Of a stretch of 64,000 nt of DNA, positions 56,466-64,000 are shown in pieces (positions within the stretch are counted from its first letter, which is position 1; each line of letters opens with the position of its first letter). The position numbers were made by a program, and so were the translations under genes. The notes below the pieces were generated by a model, which was not told the DNA's origin, searched no databases, and saw nothing but the letters and a program-made list of their open reading frames with translations. The stretch comes from the human T2T-CHM13v2.0 reference genome, Homo sapiens, in the NCBI RefSeq assembly GCF_009914755.1, contig NC_060948.1; one strand, 5' to 3'.

Positions 56466-59400
56466 TAGGCTTTTTATCTGGTCTCAGGTAAATGGAACAA
56501 TATCACCTGTGGGCAGAGAGAAAAAGGAAAGTTCCATCACCTTAGTGGATGCTGGTCCAGTGAAATGTCTCAATTGTCCTTGTGGCTAGGACTCTGATAG
56601 AAGAGTCACATCATCCGGATGCTGGTTTCAGTGACATATAAGATCCCCCCTGTGAGCAGAACTTAGGCAGGAGAGAAGACAAACTTCACTTAGGCAATTG
56701 GCCTGAATATACGTCACAATGGCCCCTATGTGTAGGATCAAGGCAGGGGAGTAACCCTCGCTTTGGTGCTAGGTTCAGCAACATGTCACAATCTCTCTGG
56801 CGGTCAGGGCACAGGCAAGAGAAAAGAAATATCACCTAGTCGCTGAGCCAAGTAATACGTTACAAAGCTTCCTACTGGCAGAAACTTCATTCTCCAAAAA
56901 AGTCACATCACCTGGGTGCAGTACCTAGTTACGTGTCACAATCCACCACCAGAAGTGCAGGGCCAAGACAGTAGAAGGAAGTCATGTCACTTAAGTAATC
57001 AACTTATATAAAAACCACAGTGCTCTCTGTAGGCAGGCCTCAGGCCAAGATTTCACATCAGCCAAGTGCTGATCTCAGTGATATGTAAAAGTGCCCTATG
57101 TTTCATTACCAAAAAAGATGTTACTTATTGCTTAGGTGCTTGGTGCATGTAAGTCACAATTTCAACTGTGCTCTGGGCCTAGAAAGGAGAGTCAAAACAC
57201 TCAGATTCTGTGCAAAGTTATACTTCTCAGTTACACACTCAAAAATGTTCAGAAATAAGTTTCACAGTCCCACACAAGTCCTGGATTTGGGTATGAGAGT
57301 CAACACCTCCTATAAGTTGGGTTGAAGTACAGGTGTCACAATCTCAAAAATAGGAAAGATCCACATAGAAGAGTCTCAATCCCACTTGAAGATTGTGTTC
57401 CAGTAGGAAAGTCAAAGTACCACAGTTTGACTAAATCATAGTTCAAACATCACCAAATCACCTATGGATCAGATTCGTGTATGAGAGTAACAATTTCAAG
57501 CTTCAACTGCTTATGTGTGTGAGATTTACTACCTCATTTGTAGGCTCTGTACATGTGTGAAGATGAAAATCATGTCAGTTGTCTATGCATCCAAGAGTCA
57601 CAATGGAACCTGGTTGCAGGTACCTGTTATGAAACTCTTTGTAACATTCAGGCTTTATATGATATGCCTGAGTAGTATAATTTCCCGTAAATTATTACAG
57701 GTGGGAGATCTAGGACTTTACCCATGGCCTTAAGACTGCCTGTGAAAGTCAAATATCTCCCACTGGCTAGGTCTAGGTATGAGAGTTATTATTGTGCTGA
57801 ATCCAGTTATTATATGAGCTGAATCCAGGTATACATCACAATTTCACCTTTGGACAGAGACAAGAGAGAAGAGTTACATTATCTGGTTGCTGAGCAAGGG
57901 ATACGTTATAATTTCCTTTTTAGTCAGGACCCAGTCAGAACAGTCATATCACCTGGATACAGTCTCAGATAATATTATCATGACCACTAAACCCTGGATT
58001 GAAAAATAGAGGATTGTCACGCCCCTAGGTGATGGGCTCAGCAATATTTTATTATTTCCTCATTAGCAGAGTTCAAGACAAAGCTCACTGGCAGAGTCCA
58101 AGACAAAGAAGAGAGTCACATCACCTAGGTTTTGCACTCAGTGGTATGTCAAAATTTCTTCAGTGGCCAGAATCCAGGCAGGAGTGGAGAGTCACATTAC
58201 CTAGATACTATAGTGATATGTCCCAGTGTCCACTGTGGCAGGGCACTGGCATGAGAGACACCACATCACCTAGCTGATAGGCCCAGAGATACGTGATAAT
58301 ATCCCCTGTTGGCTGGGTCCAAGAAGAAGTTTCACATTATTAGGATTCTGACCCAGTGATAATTCACAATGCACCTATGGGCAAAATTTAAGCCCTAATT
58401 CTCAACACTTGGTTACCAGGCCTAGTGATAAGACACACTCTCCTCATCTTTTAGGGTGACACCTTTAACTTTCAGCTAAGGTTGAATATTAGAATCACAA
58501 TCTCACATGTATGCTGGGCCAATGTATGACACTCTTTACATCCGAGGGCTTTATAAAACCTGCATGAGAGTTGTAAACCTCTCAGCGACCTGCATGCTCA
58601 TATGGGTTCACAATTTTACACATTGCCCTCAATTCAGATTTGATAGTCAGCATCTCTTTTATATGTAGGGTTAAAGGAGAAGACCCATTATTATCCCACC
58701 TCCAGACAGATCCACATATAAATTCACAATTGCAACTTTGTGCCGTATTCCACAGTGGGCATTGTATATGTAGGATGGTGACAACTTTTAATTTTACTGG
58801 GGTGTATAATCAGTACTCCAAATCTGAACTTTCTACTGGGCCCTGTTATGAAAGTTTTTACCACCAATGAGTTTATACAATATAAGTTAGTGTTGTAATC
58901 TTTGGACTTTGTACAAATATGCAACTCTCTGTGTACAAATATTACTCTCTGTGGTTATGAAGCAGGCAGAACAATCACATCACCTAAATTCTTGGCCAGA
59001 AATATTCCAATATTCTCTTTGTAGGCAGGATCCTGTAGAAATGCCACATAAATTGTGTGCTAGATCCAGCTTGGTGGCACAGTGTCCCTTATTGGCAGTG
59101 TCCAAGCAGGAGAGGAGAGCTGCCATATCAGGTAAATGATGGAACCCAAAATATGTCACTATGCCTCCTCTTGACAGGGCCCAGGCAAGAGAGTCATATC
59201 ATTTGGATACAGTGTTTAGAAATGATACAGTTACCAAAGAAAATCATGTACAGGTGGGAGAGAACAGTCATGTAACCTATGTGATGGGCCAGAAATACGT
59301 TACAGTCACGCCTGTGGATATTATTAAGATAACACAGTCAAATCATGAAGATGCTTATACCAAGGATTTGTCAAAATCTCATTTTGATGCTATACCTATG

Positions 59401-60915
59401 CAGAATTATTAAATCACTAAGGAGCTGGGTAAAGGTATATGTCACAGTTACACTTGTGTATCGCTTTAAGACTAAGAGTCACCATGCTGCACATGTCCTG
59501 GCTCCAGATATATGTGTTGTTATTAGGCTTTTATTTATGGTCTCTTGTATAAGGCACAATATCGGCAGTGGCCAGAGAGAAGAGAAGAAAATCTCATCAG
59601 CTACATGGGTGTGGATTCAGTGAGAAGTCACAGTCTACCTTGTGGACAGGACCCTGGCAGAAGAGTCAAATCACCTGGATGCTGGTGTCAGTGAAATATC
59701 AAAACCTCTTCTCTGGGCAGGATTTTTGCTAGAGAGGACACTCACTTCACTTGGGCAATTGGCCTAGCTATTTGTCACAATGCTTCTTATGTGCATTACC
59801 AAGGCTGGAGAGTGACCTCACAAGGGTGCTGGACCCAGAAATATGTCACAATCTCCCTGTGGTCAGGGCGAGGACAATGCGAGGAAACATCACCTACATT
59901 CTGAGCTAAGTGATATGTTACCATGTTCCAGTTGGCAGAACGCAAAAAGGACAATGATCTCCTGGACACAGTTTCTGCTTATGTGTCAAAATGCACTGTA
60001 AGGGCAGGGCCAAGGCAGTAGAAGGGAGTCACTTCAATTCATGGTGGATGTAGATATAAAACACAATTCCTCTTGTAGGCAGGTTTTAGGCAGATAATTC
60101 ACATCACCTGGGTGATGGTCCCAGTGATATATGAAAGTGCCCTTTGCAGACAAGGCCAAAGAAGGTATTACATATTTCTTAGGTGCTTGTTCAACATAGG
60201 GCACTATTTCATCCGAGTTCTGGGCCTAGAAAAGAGAGTCAGATTATTCATGTGCTGGACATGGTTACCTGTCCAAATCACACTCTCAGATATGCTTGGA
60301 AATAAGTTTCACATGCCACACAACACCTAGTTTCCTGTACCTGAGCCAACTCTTTCTATGAGGTAGATCTTAGTAGAGGAGTCACAATCTCAACAATGGT
60401 CAAGATTCATGTATAGGAGCCCCAATCCCCCTTGAAGACTGTGTTCCAGTAGGGAAGACACAACACCACAGGTGTGCTGAATCATGGTTCAAACTTTACC
60501 AAACCACCTGTGAATCAGATCTATGTGTAAGAGTAATTATTTAAACATTTGACTGTTTTTTTATGTGTGAGATTAGTATCTCATTCCTACGCCCTGTTCA
60601 TGTGTGAGAATGACAATCATGTCAGCTGGGTGTGCATTTAAAAGTCCCATTCTCACTTCATTTCTGGCCTCTCTTATGACACTCATTGTACAATTAAGGC
60701 TGTATATGATATACCCGAGTGTTATAATCCTTTGTGAACTTTATACAGTTGAAAAACTCAGGACATAACCCATTGTCGTGAGACTGCCTATGAGAGTCAA
60801 TTATCTCTACTGGCTGGGTCCAGGTATGAGAGTTATTATTCTGCATGTGTGCTTAACCCAGATATATGTCAAAACTTGGCCTGTGAGCAGGGACAAGAAA
60901 GGAAAGTCACATTAC

Positions 60916-61052
60916 CTGGGTGTTGAGCCAATTATACAGTGTAGTATTATTTGAAGGCTGGGCATAGTCAGAAGTGTCAGCTTTATGCTGGTCCAGTGAT
61001 ACAATATAATCTTGGTGATGTGACAGCCTCAAAGATTATGTCACCAAGCACA
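60916..61052 (-). other. BPY2: Candidate 5'UTR exon of BPY2 (paralog of coding exon 3)
   Basis: Long pyrimidine tract then ...cctggcaatag| acceptor at 61053-54 and donor cccag|gtaatg at 60915; lies ~9.67 kb from exon 3 in the duplicated segment. Confidence 0.5.
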
Positions 61053-64000
61053 CTATTGCCAGGAAAAAAAGAAAAAGAGGAGTGTCACTCTACTCTACCT
61101 CAGTGCTGGGCTTTGCAAACTGTAATAATCTGCTGGCTTGGAAGAGTCTAGAATATGAAGGAAAGCCACATCACATAGATTTTGCAATCAGTGCTATGTC
61201 ACAACTTCTTTGGTGAGCCACACCCAGGCAGGAGAGTAGAATCACGTGACCCAGATGTTAAGTTAATATTTTCCAATGCCTTCTGGGGGCAGGGAACATG
61301 CAGGAGAGAAAAATTCCCCTACTTATAGGTCCAGAGATATGTGATAATATCCCCTGTTGGCAGGGTCCAGACAGAAGAGTCACATTACAATGATATGAAC
61401 CCAGTGATACGTCACAGTGCACCTGTGGGAAAGAATTTATGCCAAAATGTCTCAACAGGTGGGTACATGGCCTAGTAATATACCAAATTTTGTTGCCTTT
61501 GAGGGTGACACCATTAACTGTGAACTGACTGTCTACATGAATATAACAATTTCATGTGTTTCCTGGGCTGTTGATTGACACTCTGTGACATTTGAAGGCT
61601 TTATACAGCATGCGTGAGAGTTGCAAACCACTCTGAGGCCTACATGTTTGTATGGATTCATGATCTTACATATTACCCTAAACTCAGGTATAATAGTCAA
61701 CATCTCTTCTGCAGTTTGGGTTCAGGGATGAGACAGTTTATTATGCCTGTAAGCTGGATCCAGAAATGAGTCACCATCCCACCCGTGGCCAGATCCACAT
61801 ATGAAGGTCACAATTCTGATGTTGTACTGTATTCACTTGTTAGACTCAAGACCTTAACAGTGAGGTTTGGACATATGGAATAGTGACAACGTTTGCTTTT
61901 ACTTGGTTGTGTAATCGAGAGTCCCAATCTGAATTTTTGCTACTCCCTGTCATGAAACTCTCTGTACTCCACACATTTATACATTATGAGTTAGTGTTGT
62001 AAAGGTCTTTGAGTTTGGTACAAATATGCAACCCACAACCTCACCTATTTCCCTTGTTCTAGTGATAAAAGGCAAAATATCTCCTTTGGCTGATTCCCAG
62101 TGTAATTTAGACCATCATGCCTGTGAACTGAAGTAAGGTATATGTCATAATCCTATTTGTGGGCCAAAACTAGGCAGGGGTGTAACATCACTGTGCTGTG
62201 CCAAGCATCATGCCACAATGCCATCTCTAGGCAGCGTATAGGAATTAAGTCATATTAACTGGGTACTGGACACAGCAATATGACACAATCCCATATGTAG
62301 AAAAAGAACAGGCAAAAAATCAGAGCCAAGACATCTACAGAATAAGCTCAGTATATGTCAAAATGCCTTCTGTAGCTGCAGGAAAGCATGACAGTCACAT
62401 TTTTAGTGTGCTATTATTATATATTAGTATATGCCATAATTCTCCGTGTACGCAAAATCCAGGCAAAAGAGTAACATTATATGTGTGCTGAGCCCTGCAA
62501 TAGGTCAACATTTCTGTTTGTTTGCATGGTTCAAGAGAAATAGCTGTCAATAAATCTGAGTGCTGGGCTCAGCAATATGTCACAATGCCGTCACTGCAAA
62601 GACCAGACTGAAGAAGAGAGTCACTTCACTTAGGTCTTGGGCTCAGAGATAGATCCCACTGTCCCAGTAGGGCAGGGCATGGGCTGAAAAGGAGAGTCAT
62701 ATACCTAGGTGCTTTCCTAGTTGTATGTCACAATCTAACATGTGAGCAGAAATCAGGCTGAAGAGCCACATCACCTGGGTAGACCCTCAGGTAATATGTC
62801 ACCATGCCCAATGTAGACAGATTTGATGAAAAATAAAAGTAAAAAAAGAATCACAACACCTGGGTGCTGGGCTCAGCAATATGTAGAAATTCCCTGTCTT
62901 GGCAGAGTCCAGGACAAATAGGAGAGTCATGTCACCTAGGTTTTGCACTCAGTTGTATGTCACAATTTATTTGGTGGACAGGTTCCAGGCAGGAGTATTA
63001 CCTAGATGCTGTATCTAGTGATATATCACAATGTCCCCTGTGGGCAATGCACTAGCAGGAGAGACATATCACCTGGCCAATAGGCTTGGGGGTGTGTGAA
63101 AATATCCCCTGTTTTCAAGGCCATTATCATTATTCTGACCCAGTGATATGTGACAATGCCCTTTTGGAAAGGAATTTAAACAAAAATGTCTCAACACTGG
63201 GGTATGACGCCAAGTGATATGACACAATCTCTTCACCTTTAACGGTGACACAATTAATGGTTAGCTAGTTGTTTATATGACAGTCACAATCTCATGTGTG
63301 TGCTGACCCTTGTATGACATTCTCTGCAATATCTGAGAACACTATACAACATGCCTGAGAGTTGAAAACCTCTCTGAGGCCCACATGCTTATATGAACTC
63401 ATGATCTTACATATTGCCCTAAACCAAGGTATGACTCTCAACATCTCTTCTCTAGGCTGGCTTCAGAGATGAGACTGTTTTTAAGCCTGTGACCTGGGAC
63501 CAGATATGTATGAGTCACCATCCCACCCGTGACAAGATTAGCTTTTGAAAATCACAACTCCAACTTGGTCCTGTATTCACTTGTTAGACTCAGGACCTTA
63601 ACAATGAGATTTGTAAATGTGAGAAGATAACAACTTTTACTTGCATTTGAATGTGTAGTGGAGATTCACAATCTCAATTTTTTGTTGGGATCCGTCATAA
63701 ATATCTCTGTACCACCCAGGAAGGTTTTATGATATGAATCAGTGTTGTAAGTTTCTCTGAGCTCTGTATAAATATGCAATGAAGGGACTAACTTATTGAT
63801 GTAAACCTAGCAATGCAAGGCAAAATATCTCCTGTTGGCTGAATCCCGATATAAGCTTGATCATCATGTTTTTGAACTGAATCAAGGTATCTGTCATAAC
63901 CCCATTTGTGGGCAAAATCTAGGCAGAAGGTTAACATCACTTAGGTGCTGTTCCAAGCAATATGTCACAATACTCTACCTAGGCAGGGCCTAGGAAAGAG

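Larger units (their letters stand above)
34152..64000. repeat. Complex beta-satellite-related repeat block 2 (BSR-like), hosting BPY2
   Basis: Same monomer as block 1; landmark modules recur with ~4.8-4.9 kb periodicity; no Alu or L1 insertions noticed in ~30 kb. Confidence 0.85.

Overview
Primate genomic DNA, almost certainly the human Y chromosome AZFc amplicon. About 60% of the window is a diverged complex beta-satellite-related repeat (BSR-like, ~70-80 bp monomer, ~4.8-4.9 kb higher-order unit) in two blocks, ~2.6-12.5 kb and ~34.2-64 kb. The ORF track misses a spliced minus-strand gene inside the second block. Four GT-AG coding exons (56465-56388, 54328-54211, 51356-51251, 50558-50540; 321 nt) join into a 106-aa protein that matches BPY2/VCY2 as I recall it. 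Every coding exon is a piece of satellite with non-coding paralogs elsewhere in the window, so the mutations that opened the gene can be read by comparing copies. Between the blocks lie L1 remnants, an ERV1 fragment, Alus, a 3'-truncated L1 carrying a MER11 solo LTR, and a decayed ZNF91-subfamily zinc-finger exon. The two blocks belong to an old duplication (offset ~31.6 kb) that shares one Alu. All family and gene names come from recognition, not from database searches.
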